The translations under genes were made by a program, and so were the position numbers. A DNA stretch of 64,000 nucleotides from Myxococcota bacterium (GTDB lineage: Bacteria; Myxococcota; XYA12-FULL-58-9; JALHOP01): the NCBI GenBank assembly GCA_041288095.1, contig JBGGMJ010000187.1, forward strand, positions 32,829-96,828. Direction: 5' to 3'. Below the pieces are notes generated by a model. That model had not been told where the DNA came from, did not search any database, and saw only the letters and a list, made by a program, of their open reading frames with translations. This document shows, piece by piece, positions 28,601-37,495 of the stretch. Within the stretch, counting starts at the first letter, position 1; each line of letters opens with the position of its first letter.

Positions 28601-29457
28601 CCATCGCAGCCTGGGTCGTTGGAGGCACCCTGGCCGGCGTCGACGAGACCGTCGTTGTCGTCGTCGATGCCGTCATCGCAGGCGTTGGCGCCATGCTCCG
28701 AGAAATCGAAGATGTCGGCGCAGCCGGGGTCGCCGCGCTCGTCGATGCGAAAGTCGGGGTGTCCGTCGCCATCGTCGTCGATGCCGTTGTCACAGGGGAG
28801 CGCGGCGGCATCGCCCCGCTCACTGGTGTCTCCAGCGGCGGCACAGCCGGGGTCCTCCGCGTCGGCAAGCCCGTCTCCGTCGTCGTCGATGGCGTTGCCG
28901 CACGCGGGCGCGAAGCGCGACACACAGGTCGTCTGCGAGCCAATGAGGATGCAGACGAAATTCTGCTCGATGAAGCAGTACGGGTCGCAGCCATCTCCCG
29001 ATGAGCCGTTGCCGTCGTCGCATTCCTCGACACCGAGGCTCGTGATGCGGTCGCCGCAGGTCGCGGCCGCACCGAGCATCACCGTCGCCTCGAGGAGTTG
29101 CCGCCGTCCAAGCGTGAGCTCGACGAGCCCCGATGCGACGATGGCGCCGGCTCGAAGCCCATCCGCCCGCAGGATCATCGGGCGGCCGGCATTCTCGTCG
29201 TCGAAGACGATGACGACGGTGGCGGAGGCCCCCTCCAGGGGAGCGGGCTGCTCGGGGCGGACGATCGGAGCAAAGATGTTGCCGCCGCCGTGCGCGAAGT
29301 TGGCGTAGATCCGCACCTGGTCGAGCCCGCTCGCGTCCGCGAAAGCGATGGTCAGCTTGACCGCGGTCACGACCTCCGTCTCGGGGTCCGGCCTGCACGC
29401 GATGGCGGTGGTTAGCGCCAAGCTCAACACGAGGGTGAGTGCGCGCTGTATCGTCAT
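25651..29457 (-). CDS. Giant lipoprotein with a myxobacterial Cys-rich motif and 27 CD[DN]GxD[ND]DxDG...DPGC repeats
   Basis: ATG 29457 overlaps upstream TGA; lipobox AIAC; CGD..EECDDGN..GDGC; 27 repeats counted by hand. Confidence 0.88.
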   Translation of the reverse strand: MTIQRALTLVLSLALTTAIACRPDPETEVVTAVKLTIAFADASGLDQVRIYANFAHGGGNIFAPIVRPEQPAPLEGASATVVIVFDDENAGRPMILRADGLRAGAIVASGLVELTLGRRQLLEATVMLGAAATCGDRITSLGVEECDDGNGSSGDGCDPYCFIEQNFVCILIGSQTTCVSRFAPACGNAIDDDGDGLADAEDPGCAAAGDTSERGDAAALPCDNGIDDDGDGHPDFRIDERGDPGCADIFDFSEHGANACDDGIDDDNDGLVDAGQGASNDPGCDGPSDTSERGTVVCDDGVDNDGDGRSDFAIDGRGDPGCGTVLDSSERGALACDDGIDNDDDGRHDFNVNATLIDPGCDSPFDDNERGSRVCDDGNDNDNDGLADFHPAGMGDQGCDSLLDLSERGGFACDNGFDDDSDGRGDFNVDDQVSDPGCGGPTDGSERCDPGLGCPLCDDGIDNADADGLIDARLDDIGDPECTGPNDNDEGGLPACSDGSDNDADGLVDVNDPGCSTSTDANERGTLACDDGLDDDGDGIADYVDGGLGSPAAGSDPGCDSPSDPSELGNDVCDDGIDNDGDGRTDYQSDGSGDAGCTSPRDNLPTSATAERGVDVCDNGVDDDGDGRADFIDDGTSGDPGCVSLSDASEVGTPDQVCDNGIDEDNDGLKDFRASGGDPGCTSLIAASERCGEPSCAVCDNGVDDDGDGSRDFRLDGTGDLGCSSPIDDGERCTPGVGCAACDDGIDNEAIPDGAIDFRLDASGDPQCTSAVDIDETGYSACADGIDNDGDGRADFRDDGNGDPGCTSLADLSEREPTLVCDNGVDDDRDGLVGFSAIGGGDPGCASPADPDASEKCAPGVGCPACDNGTDDDNDGRSDYNVNPALSDPGCSGPGDDSERGANECDDGQDNDADGRADFRVTAGVVDAVLSDPGCMDPSDASERQNGFMCDDGLDNDNDGRADVHVTAGGVVDTALTDPGCGSPGDISERGSTACDDGIDNDSDGVIDFSAGAHDPGCDGPGDDSERCVRGTTGCPACDDNADNEGQQDGLKDYVVNGSGDPQCVGPSDASENGGQAACNNNVDDDGDGLIDSGGVAGDPGCSSSSDTSERGSSVCDDGIDNDGDGRVDFNINPNVGDPGCTSLADGNERCVPGTLGCLLCDNGIDDDGDGRVDFGGASGDPGCLDGSTDDSETASGLPCDDGLDNDGDGTPDFRSSSGDAGCTGFYDVSERGPAHVCDDDLDNDDDGVVDYPAEEQCSSATDGDEAT

Positions 29458-30143
29458 GGAGTGGTTCGGGTGTCGATCGTCTGGAGATCGCCCCGCGGCG
29501 GCACGGTCGCGGCGTCGCGCGTCGCCAAAATCACGCTCGTCGCCGCGACGGCGACCACGGTGCCCGCGGCCGCCCAGAACCACCACTTCGCGTAGATGGG
29601 TGTCGGTGGCGGCGGCGCGGACATACGCAGGCGCTCGACATCGAGCTCCGCCTGCTTTGCCGCCGCGACCCGCGAGTGCTCTTGCAGCCGCATCGCCAGC
29701 TGCTCGTGCTGCCGCTCCGCGCCATCCGCGCGGATCCGCTTGTCCTCGGCCGCGGCCTGGGCTGTCCTTGCCTGGTGAAGGCGCTGCTTCACCAACGCGC
29801 GCTGCTTGGCGTCGAGATCGTTACCGAGTGACAACTCGTAGAAGAAGATGGCGCGCTCGTGATCGCCGAGCTCGAAGTGGCACTGGCCGATATTGAAGAG
29901 CAGCGCCGGCATCGGCTTGGCCTCGTAAGCCTTTGCGTAGCCGTCGAGTGCCTCTTTGAAGCGGCCCAAGGCAAAGCTGGTCTCAGCCGCCTTGAAGCGG
30001 GCTCGCGCGGTGCGCGTCGCCTCGTCCTCGACCGGACGTGGAGCAGCGGCGTGCGCGTTGGCGGACAGGAGCGCGGACACCAGCGCTACCGCGACGAGGC
30101 GTCGTGCGGTCGCCGGGATGGCTCCGCGTGGGGGGGACTTCAT
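29454..30143 (-). CDS. Exported TPR protein with C-terminal hydrophobic segment
   Basis: Signal peptide; ARARFKAA..GRFKEAL..AYE..LLFNIGQC; PIYAKWWFW + TM, a common myxobacterial architecture. Confidence 0.85.
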   Translation of the reverse strand: MKSPPRGAIPATARRLVAVALVSALLSANAHAAAPRPVEDEATRTARARFKAAETSFALGRFKEALDGYAKAYEAKPMPALLFNIGQCHFELGDHERAIFFYELSLGNDLDAKQRALVKQRLHQARTAQAAAEDKRIRADGAERQHEQLAMRLQEHSRVAAAKQAELDVERLRMSAPPPPTPIYAKWWFWAAAGTVVAVAATSVILATRDAATVPPRGDLQTIDTRTTP

Positions 30144-30203
30144 TCGCCGAGAGGCGCGTGCCTGATCGTACCGAGGGAGTCAATGCCACGGCCTTGGGAC
30201 GGC

Positions 30204-31796
30204 TTACCTGCCGAGCTTCCAGTCTTCGGGCACGGCGACGTTGAAATAGAAGTCGACTTGGCTGGTCTTGCCGCGGGGCACGTCGAGCTTCCAGGTGACG
30301 AACCCGCGGTCGGTATCGATTTTGGCGCCCGCGGTGCTGCGCTTGTCGTCGAGCCGGACTTCGATCTCCGAGCGCTTGGACACCGGAAAATGCTCACGGA
30401 TCTCGACGCTCTCCGCCCGGGTTCCGCCGTTGCGGACCGTCGTGCGGAAGCCGCGCTCGATGGTGCGCTTGGAGCCGAACAAGGGGGCTTCCTTGTGCAT
30501 ATCGATGAGCGCCACCCGCTCGAGGTGCAGCTCGTCGTCCGTGCCGAGGGAGACCTCCATGGGCGCGCCCGGCGCCGTGTAAGGGAGCTGCGAGTCGCCC
30601 ACGTAAGTGCCGTCGCGGAAAGCGTGGAGCGTGCCCGCCGGCAGTGCGAAAGGGGCCGGGCTCTTCAGGGAGATGACCTGGTAGACGTGCGCGGCGAGCT
30701 TGGAAATGGCGACGAGCTTGGAGTTGGCCTTGGTGGCGAATGACTCCGCGGGAAACCACTGCCTCCGCCCATCGGAGACGACATTCACGGGTTTCTTGAG
30801 TTGGAGGCGAAAGGCCACGCCGCCGTCCTCGACCGTAACCCCATCACCTGTGCCGTCGCTCGCGGCCCCGCCGCCCTCACGCAGACGCTGGCGGCGCTCA
30901 CTCCCCTCGACCACGACGCGCTCTTCTTGGACCTTCGCGCCGCTCACCACGATGGGCGCGAGCTCAGGAGCCGCGGCTCCGAGACTCGGCTTGGCGGTGG
31001 TGAGCGCCAGCATGACTCCAGACCAGTCTTCGCCAGTCGTTTGGCGCACGACGGCGCTGATGACGAGCTCGGCTTCGCCGTCGCCGTTCTTGCGACCCGG
31101 CGGGCTCGTGAAGCGAATATCGTACTCAGGCGCCCACGTGGCGCCCTGCACGACATAGCTCAAGGTGACGCGCGGGCTCTCGGAGGTGCAGCGCAGGCTC
31201 ACCGCCGCGACGCCTTGCTCCTGTCGCGCGCGCGGCACCAGGCTCGCGAGGTAACGTTGTCGTTCGTCCAGCTGCGCTTGCAGCTTGCGCGCCCGCAGCT
31301 CGAGCGCCTGGGTCCGACGAGCCTCGCCGCGACGCTCCTGGGCCAAACGATCGAGGGTACCGCCCCAGCGGTCGAGCGGTGGCGTACGGTTGCGCATCTC
31401 TTCGCGCCACAAGCTGACGAAGACCTGCTCGAGGCTGTTGGTCGACTGAGCCCGCGTGGCGAGCGCCTGCGCTTCCTCGTGGATGGGCGCAAGCTGCGCC
31501 TCGAGGGCGCGGACGCTCGCGTGGACTTCCTTCACGCGCTCATCGATCTCTTCGTCCGTCGGCTCTACGTCATAGCGGAGCCCGAGCACATCGGCGCCGC
31601 GGGCATCGGCCCGCATGGCTTTCGCATCGAGCGTCGGAGACAGCCCGGTGAACTGCGCCTTGGCGGCGCCGCCTTGGCAGGTCACGGTGAGCTCGCGCGT
31701 GACCTCGGCGCGGTCCGTGAAAACGGTCACGCCGGCGATCGGCGCTGGGGCCGGCAGCGTCGCGAGCAGATAGGTCAAGGCCGTATGCAAGTGCAT
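30204..31796 (-). CDS. DUF4140/DUF4139 (MuiA-like) protein
   Basis: VTVFTDRAEVTR, coiled coil, LSYVV.GATWAPEYD, QTTGEDWSGV.L.LTTAKP. Confidence 0.88.
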   Translation of the reverse strand: MHLHTALTYLLATLPAPAPIAGVTVFTDRAEVTRELTVTCQGGAAKAQFTGLSPTLDAKAMRADARGADVLGLRYDVEPTDEEIDERVKEVHASVRALEAQLAPIHEEAQALATRAQSTNSLEQVFVSLWREEMRNRTPPLDRWGGTLDRLAQERRGEARRTQALELRARKLQAQLDERQRYLASLVPRARQEQGVAAVSLRCTSESPRVTLSYVVQGATWAPEYDIRFTSPPGRKNGDGEAELVISAVVRQTTGEDWSGVMLALTTAKPSLGAAAPELAPIVVSGAKVQEERVVVEGSERRQRLREGGGAASDGTGDGVTVEDGGVAFRLQLKKPVNVVSDGRRQWFPAESFATKANSKLVAISKLAAHVYQVISLKSPAPFALPAGTLHAFRDGTYVGDSQLPYTAPGAPMEVSLGTDDELHLERVALIDMHKEAPLFGSKRTIERGFRTTVRNGGTRAESVEIREHFPVSKRSEIEVRLDDKRSTAGAKIDTDRGFVTWKLDVPRGKTSQVDFYFNVAVPEDWKLGR

Positions 31797-31801
31797 GAGG
31801 G

Positions 31802-33820
31802 TCACATCTGCCAAAGGCGCCAGTCGGCGGGACGGGTGATCTCGTAAGTCAGTCTGATCGTCTTGGTCTTGCCGGGAGCGACGTCGACGTCCCAGTGGAT
31901 CATGCCGCGGGGGTCCGGACCCTCACTCGGCGTGGGCGACATATCCTTGAGCTCGATGCGGACGCTCTGGGTGTTCGTGGTCGGGATCTGATCGCTGACG
32001 CGGACACGCACGGCCTGACGCTTGTAGTTGGCGACGTCGATTTCCAGCTCATAGCGGGTCACTTCGTCTTTCGAGATGAGACCCTTGGTCTTCGTGCGCG
32101 GCACCAAGCGCCGCTCCAGACGGACGTCTTGATCGGCCCCCAGCGGCAGCTCGATCGTCGCTCCCGGGCCCGTGGTCTCGAGCGCGCTCTCCGCGATGAA
32201 TACACCCGAGGCAAAAACGGAGAGCTGCCCAGTGAGCAGCGGCCGCTGGCCGTGATTGGCCACCGCGGCGTGCAGGAACGCCACCTTCTCGAGTGCCGGG
32301 GTCGCCTCATAGGTCGGCTTCACCGGGTAGTGCTGAGCGTCGAGGGGCACATCGACCGCCTCACCCGTGCTCGCGATGCTGCTGGCCGTGGCGGCTGACC
32401 ACACGTAGTCGAGGCCGCCAGCCGCGACCGCCGGCAACGACGGGTCCGTGAGGCGCGGGCGAGCTGGAGGCTCATCGAGCCCGAGAGCCATGCCCGCCGG
32501 CGCCGGTTTGTCCGCCGCCGCGGTGCGCCGCTTGCTCGATGGTGCCGCGCTCGGCTCGGGCGCTGCCATCTCCCTGGCGTATCCGGCATCCATCTGCAGC
32601 GCGTCGGCAGGGGCACCACTTGGGGCCGCGTTCGGGACCGGGCGCGCCTTCATCGGCCGAGGCGGTGGCGGCGCCATGGGTGCCGCGGAAGCTCCCTGGG
32701 CGCTGTTATTGCTCTGGCCCAAGCCAACGCTTGGCTCCGCTAGCCCGGCCAGGCGCTGCACTCGCTCTTGCAGCTCCAGCTGCGACGCGTCGAGCGAGGT
32801 TGCCACCACCAACGCAGGAGGCGGAAAGCGCGACGGCGGCGCTTGCCCGGGCGCCGGCCGCGCCACCGGGAGAAAATCCCGCTGCTCGCCGATCGTCCAG
32901 GTGAGCAGCTCCGGTAGCTCGACCCCTTGTCCGGGCATCGCCGTGGAGAAGCTCAGCTTGGCCTCGTCCCAATCTTCTCCCGATCTTTGGGTGACGCTCG
33001 CGCTGGTGAGGAGCTTCGCCGTGCCGCTCTTCGCGTCGAAGTGAACGTCGTAGCGCGGGTGCCACGATGCCTGGGCGACGAAGTATTCGAGCTCGAGCGT
33101 GACGCGACCGGCCCGCGCTGGCTCGAGCACGGCGCGCACCCGCGGCGCCGTCCGAACGCTGGTATCGAGACCACGCCGGCTCGCCTCGGCTGCGAGCTTG
33201 GCCAGCTTTTCGCCGACACTTTCCTGTTTCGCCGCGAGCTCACGCCGCACTTTGCGCGCCGCGGTCATCCGCGCTTCGACGAAGTCGAGCACTTTGCCCC
33301 ATTGTTCCGATGCCGCGCTCATCGACACCTTGGCGTCGAGGCGTTTCGCCTCCTCGGGCACCGGCTGCGGATGCGTGCTCGCGAGGAGCGCCAGCTCTCG
33401 GTCGACGACCTGCACCTCGCGCGTGAGCAGCGCGGCCTCGTCGCGGAGAGCCTCCAACTTTTCGATGAGCTGGTCGACCTCTTGGCGTGAAAGGCGTGTT
33501 CCGAGGCTCGGAACGACCTCGACCTCGACCCGGCGCACCGCGCCGCCGTCCGCGCTAACCCGCACCGTCTCCGCGAAAGCGTTCGTCGGCAGCTCGCCGA
33601 GGTCGACGGTGTTCATACCGCCACCCACCTCGATGCTCGTGCGCCGCAACACGCGCGCGCGATCGCTGTAGACGGTCACCTCCGCGACCCGCGTCGGGGC
33701 CTGAACCATCGGCGTGTTTGCTACCGTTTGGCCCTTCGCCGCGCCGAGCACACCCGTGATGCAAGCGAGCGCGGCGGCGAGCGAGAAAATTCCCACGGGG
33801 CGTTTGGGTCTTCGTCGCAC
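31802..33820 (-). CDS. DUF4140/DUF4139 (MuiA-like) protein, paralog
   Basis: VTVYSDRARVLR, LEYFV..ASWHPRYD, QRSGEDW...LSFSTAMP. Confidence 0.88.
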   Translation of the reverse strand: MRRRPKRPVGIFSLAAALACITGVLGAAKGQTVANTPMVQAPTRVAEVTVYSDRARVLRRTSIEVGGGMNTVDLGELPTNAFAETVRVSADGGAVRRVEVEVVPSLGTRLSRQEVDQLIEKLEALRDEAALLTREVQVVDRELALLASTHPQPVPEEAKRLDAKVSMSAASEQWGKVLDFVEARMTAARKVRRELAAKQESVGEKLAKLAAEASRRGLDTSVRTAPRVRAVLEPARAGRVTLELEYFVAQASWHPRYDVHFDAKSGTAKLLTSASVTQRSGEDWDEAKLSFSTAMPGQGVELPELLTWTIGEQRDFLPVARPAPGQAPPSRFPPPALVVATSLDASQLELQERVQRLAGLAEPSVGLGQSNNSAQGASAAPMAPPPPRPMKARPVPNAAPSGAPADALQMDAGYAREMAAPEPSAAPSSKRRTAAADKPAPAGMALGLDEPPARPRLTDPSLPAVAAGGLDYVWSAATASSIASTGEAVDVPLDAQHYPVKPTYEATPALEKVAFLHAAVANHGQRPLLTGQLSVFASGVFIAESALETTGPGATIELPLGADQDVRLERRLVPRTKTKGLISKDEVTRYELEIDVANYKRQAVRVRVSDQIPTTNTQSVRIELKDMSPTPSEGPDPRGMIHWDVDVAPGKTKTIRLTYEITRPADWRLWQM

Positions 33821-33862
33821 CGTCGATGGATACCAGGGTTTGCGGGCGCGTTGACACGGGAA

Positions 33863-34486
33863 TCACATCACGTCTGGCGCCTTCGCTGGCCCGTGACCGA
33901 AGAGCCACCTGCGGAAGCGTCGCTTCTGGCGAGGACCCTCGGGGACGTCGAGGACGGTCTGCACGATCGTCGGGACGTCGCCGCCGATGACGACCGATTG
34001 GGCTCCTGCCTTGGCGATGTCCGCGAGAGACGGGCTCGGCACGTGATGATCGACCGCGAGCGGTTGGCCTGCCACCACCGTGGCCACGCACAGCGCCGCC
34101 GGCCAGAGGACGTGGCTGCCGATGCTGCGCCAACGATCCGCACCCTCTAGGGCACGGATCTCGGGAAGGCCCTTGTAAGCTGACCAACCGCAAACCACGG
34201 CACTCAGCCCAATCGCATAGGGCTCAGGGTCGACCCCAGCCGCCATGAAGCCGGCACCAAGGGCGCCGATACCGCCGAGCAGCATGCCGTATTGGAGAGG
34301 CTTGGCTTTAATCGCGTGCCACGTGTGCTTGGGGCCGACGCGCAGTGTGCCATCGGCGAGCGCTGACGCTGCCGCCGCGACTCGGCTGGGCAGGGACGCA
34401 GGCTTGTCATCGGCCACGGCGAGCGACAATCGCGGCTCGGGCGAAGGCAACGGAAGGCGAGCGCGGCGTGGGGCGAGGGACTCCAC
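33863..34486 (-). CDS. Hypothetical membrane protein
   Basis: C-terminal part of the 344-aa ORF, with ~3 hydrophobic segments; GTG start at 34486 is inferred. Confidence 0.55.
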   Translation of the reverse strand: MESLAPRRARLPLPSPEPRLSLAVADDKPASLPSRVAAAASALADGTLRVGPKHTWHAIKAKPLQYGMLLGGIGALGAGFMAAGVDPEPYAIGLSAVVCGWSAYKGLPEIRALEGADRWRSIGSHVLWPAALCVATVVAGQPLAVDHHVPSPSLADIAKAGAQSVVIGGDVPTIVQTVLDVPEGPRQKRRFRRWLFGHGPAKAPDVM

Positions 34487-34661
34487 CGCGAAGTTTATCG
34501 TTTCCGAATTACCAACGTCGTGTTTGGCCAAGTGACAAGGCGGCGCTCGCCACCCTACTCCGCGCACGCGTCCGCGTGCCCACCTGGCGCGCGACGCATC
34601 ACAACGTTCTCCACGCGTCGTCGATGATGAGGCACACACATCACTAAGGGGTGCTTGTCCG

Positions 34662-35315
34662 ATGCGCGCAATTCGAGCTGGTGACGGCGGTTGTCTCCGT
34701 AAAACGCAACCTTCGACTCCCAAGGTGGTGCTCAGGCGTCGCCCCGGTGGTTGCTGGCTGCCATCGCCAAGCACGCCGACCAAGCGTGAAGAAGCCAAGC
34801 GCCGCAAGACCGTCGGCGACGTCGATAGGCCCGCGGCGAAGCCCGAGCCCGGCATGCGCAAGGTGGATGACAAGCTGCTCGCGAAGGACATCGGCAAGCT
34901 CGTGGACGACGTCTCGGTCTACGAGGGCGTCGCGAAGCGCAAGATGGAGAGCATCAAGGCTCTCAACAAGCTCGCCGGGCAAATCGGCGCCGACCCCGAG
35001 GCCCCAGGCGGCGGGTCGTTGACCGTCGACACCTTCAAGGCGGTCACCGCCAAGCGCGCCGTTGCCATGCTGTGCAACGCCGAGAATTCGCGCATGGATG
35101 AGTCATCGCGTGAAGGCGACAACGTTCGTCTCTACACGAAGGGCGAGGCCACCAAGATCGTCGACCACCTGCTGGCCCAGGCAGGGCGTGGTGGCAAGTT
35201 GTATGTCGCGGAGTGGGACGACATCAGCTCCGAGTACATCGGCTTGATGCTGGCGGCGGTGAAGCCCGACCAGGTCCAGGCGACCTTTGGCCAGGTCATC
35301 TCCTTCCGGCCCTAG
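34662..35315 (+). CDS. Hypothetical protein
   Basis: AAGGGG SD upstream; Lys/Asp-rich composition with GC3 bias. Confidence 0.65.
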   Translation: MRAIRAGDGGCLRKTQPSTPKVVLRRRPGGCWLPSPSTPTKREEAKRRKTVGDVDRPAAKPEPGMRKVDDKLLAKDIGKLVDDVSVYEGVAKRKMESIKALNKLAGQIGADPEAPGGGSLTVDTFKAVTAKRAVAMLCNAENSRMDESSREGDNVRLYTKGEATKIVDHLLAQAGRGGKLYVAEWDDISSEYIGLMLAAVKPDQVQATFGQVISFRP

Positions 35316-35336
35316 GCACGGCAGCCGCGGCGGACG

Positions 35337-36695
35337 TCACACCGATGGCTGGCTGACCTTGTCCGCCGGAGCGACCGGGGCACGACCCTCGAGCTCATCG
35401 AGCAAGGCGCGATAGGCGTCACGCATGGCGCCGATCTCGGGCGCTTGGCTGGCGCAGACATCGAGCTCTTTGCGATCGACGCTGCCCGAGGTGCGCATCG
35501 CGAGCAGTTGCTTGCCGCGGTGGCCATCGGCATCGATGTCGTCCGGTATAGCGGCCAAGGCTTCCGCGATCGGGAGGGTTTCGAGCCGCTTCGACACCTC
35601 GGCGCCAACCGCGACGATGGCGTAGTAGCTCTCGAGCTTGGCGAGGTTCTGGCGCAGCGGCTCGATGGCTTCAATGCCAAAGGCGCTGATGGCGGCGACC
35701 CGGGCGCTCAAGGCTTCGGGCTTCCCGTCCCAGCTGCGCATCAGATCGTCGAGCGACGCGTAACGGTTGCCCTGCACGCGCGCGATTGCCGCTCCAGCGA
35801 GGTCGCGAATGCGGCGGGCCTCACTCCCGACTTCGGTGCCGGTCGCGGCCGCGGCGAGCTGCTTCTCGGCCTGCACAAGCGAGGCGATGTGCTCTTGCGG
35901 GATCTTGGCGATGACGTCGTCATGCAAGGCATTGAGCAGACGGACGCCACGTTGCACGTCGTCCTTGCCGCCCGTGACGAGGGTCGCGGCGTGAGCCGCG
36001 AGGGTGGTCGCGATGCGCGCGTGGTCAGCTGCCGCCGGCCAACGCACGATGTCCTCGATGACATCGAGGAAGCGACCCTGGACCTTGGCGTCGGTGCCGC
36101 GACTGTAGGCTTCGCAGAGCTCGGGCAAGGCGTAGACGCCGACGAGCCGCAGGTCGCTCTCCGCCACACGCTGCTGCCTGGTGTTCGCGGGCGTGCGCAC
36201 GATCTGCACCAGCTCGGGGACGCTAGCCAGGGTCGGCCGGGTCAGGCTCTCGACCAGCGGGCCAAAGGCGGCCTCGGCGGCACCCTTCACGGTGCCCGCC
36301 ATCGCAGCCTCGCGGCCAGCGATGCCGGTCAGGAGCGCGGTGCCGATAGCGAGATTGACGGCGGCGGTTACGGTGCGGCGCTTGCGATTGAAGCTGTTCA
36401 CCTCGGAGTCGCCAGACCCCGAGCCGTTGCCGAAGCTGATGCGGAAGCCGGTGAAGAACGCGCCTAGCGCCGCGAGGCCGCCGCGCGCGAGGTAGGCAAC
36501 GCCCATGGTGATACGCGCGGCGTCGATGTCGTAAAGGGCGACGGCGGCGGCGCCCATCGCCGCGTCAGCAGCCTGGCCAACGAGGGTCGCGGTACTGGCG
36601 TGTTTGGTCTGCGCGACTGGCGCACCGCGCGTCGCGGCGGCGAGGTATTCGCTCGCGGTGTCGGCGACGATGCGGGCTTGAAAGCGAACGGACAT
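35337..36695 (-). CDS. Hypothetical protein with hydrophobic segments and HEAT-like helical region
   Basis: ATG 36695 with GGAGAG SD; LVGVYALPELC and FGIEAIEPL HEAT-like motifs. Confidence 0.65.
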   Translation of the reverse strand: MSVRFQARIVADTASEYLAAATRGAPVAQTKHASTATLVGQAADAAMGAAAVALYDIDAARITMGVAYLARGGLAALGAFFTGFRISFGNGSGSGDSEVNSFNRKRRTVTAAVNLAIGTALLTGIAGREAAMAGTVKGAAEAAFGPLVESLTRPTLASVPELVQIVRTPANTRQQRVAESDLRLVGVYALPELCEAYSRGTDAKVQGRFLDVIEDIVRWPAAADHARIATTLAAHAATLVTGGKDDVQRGVRLLNALHDDVIAKIPQEHIASLVQAEKQLAAAATGTEVGSEARRIRDLAGAAIARVQGNRYASLDDLMRSWDGKPEALSARVAAISAFGIEAIEPLRQNLAKLESYYAIVAVGAEVSKRLETLPIAEALAAIPDDIDADGHRGKQLLAMRTSGSVDRKELDVCASQAPEIGAMRDAYRALLDELEGRAPVAPADKVSQPSV

Positions 36696-36867
36696 GAGGC
36701 TCTCCAATTTCTCGTTTTGCGTTGTCCGGTTATCGGAAGTGCTCCGGAGGTGGTGTGGCTTCCGGCCATGCCGAGCTGACACGTCCAAAGTGACAGGGGC
36801 CGCAGAGCGAAACCTCGGCGTGGCCGCCCCGATACTGTGCCTCTCGCCCTCAAGGAGCTCACAGGCC

Positions 36868-37491
36868 ATGGATATTCAGCTGCCGATTTCCGCTCTCGCA
36901 TCGCCCGACAGCGCCGAGGGGCGCTTCCTCAAGGCCGCGGACCAGGCCGGCGATAAGAACGAGAAGGTCGGCGTCGCGGAGCTCCAGAGCTACGCCGCCG
37001 CCAAGCCCGAGCAAGCCGATCTCATAGGCCGCGCGCGCATCGCCGACTGGACCGCCCGGATCGGCACCGCGAACCCGTCACCGGCCACACCGCAGCCGCG
37101 TGATGCAGACCTCTATACGGCGCCGCTAGGGCCGAACGCCCTCGGTCTTGCGACCCGTTACGCGGAGCTGCTCAAGAGCGCGGGTCTCAAGATCAACGAC
37201 GTCCGCGCCATCCGACGCATCAATGCCGGCAAGATCACCGGCGCCCGCGTCAGCTACGAGACCGCCCCAATGAACGCCGGTGTCACGGCCGCGCGACGCT
37301 CGCAGAGCGTCAGCGTCACCATTTTTGGCGACTGCATCGGTGAAGCAGCACGCGCGCTCGCCGCTCTGCGCGTGGCCGACGCGGTGATCCTCGATATCCC
37401 GATCACCAGCACCTACAACCTCGGCAGGATTGCCTCGATACGCATCGACTACTGCACGCGCGCGGACTACGAGCGGAACACGACGGGATAG
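36868..37491 (+). CDS. Hypothetical protein, possible EF-hand-like N-terminus
   Basis: AAGGAG SD; ADQAGDKNEKVGVAEL. Confidence 0.65.
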   Translation: MDIQLPISALASPDSAEGRFLKAADQAGDKNEKVGVAELQSYAAAKPEQADLIGRARIADWTARIGTANPSPATPQPRDADLYTAPLGPNALGLATRYAELLKSAGLKINDVRAIRRINAGKITGARVSYETAPMNAGVTAARRSQSVSVTIFGDCIGEAARALAALRVADAVILDIPITSTYNLGRIASIRIDYCTRADYERNTTG

Positions 37492-37495
37492 CTCG

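Noticed and set aside
28180..28830. RGD tripeptides in the giant repeat protein as integrin ligands
   Set aside because: Expected by chance given the R/G/D-rich repeat composition.
25651..28905. Periodic GTCGTCGTTGTCGATGCC-like DNA repeats as a CRISPR or other non-coding array
   Set aside because: They are degenerate and in frame, explained by protein repeats; no cas genes are present.
34564..34579. GCACGCG-TC-CGCGTGC inverted repeat
   Set aside because: Short, GC-rich, single occurrence; plausible by chance.
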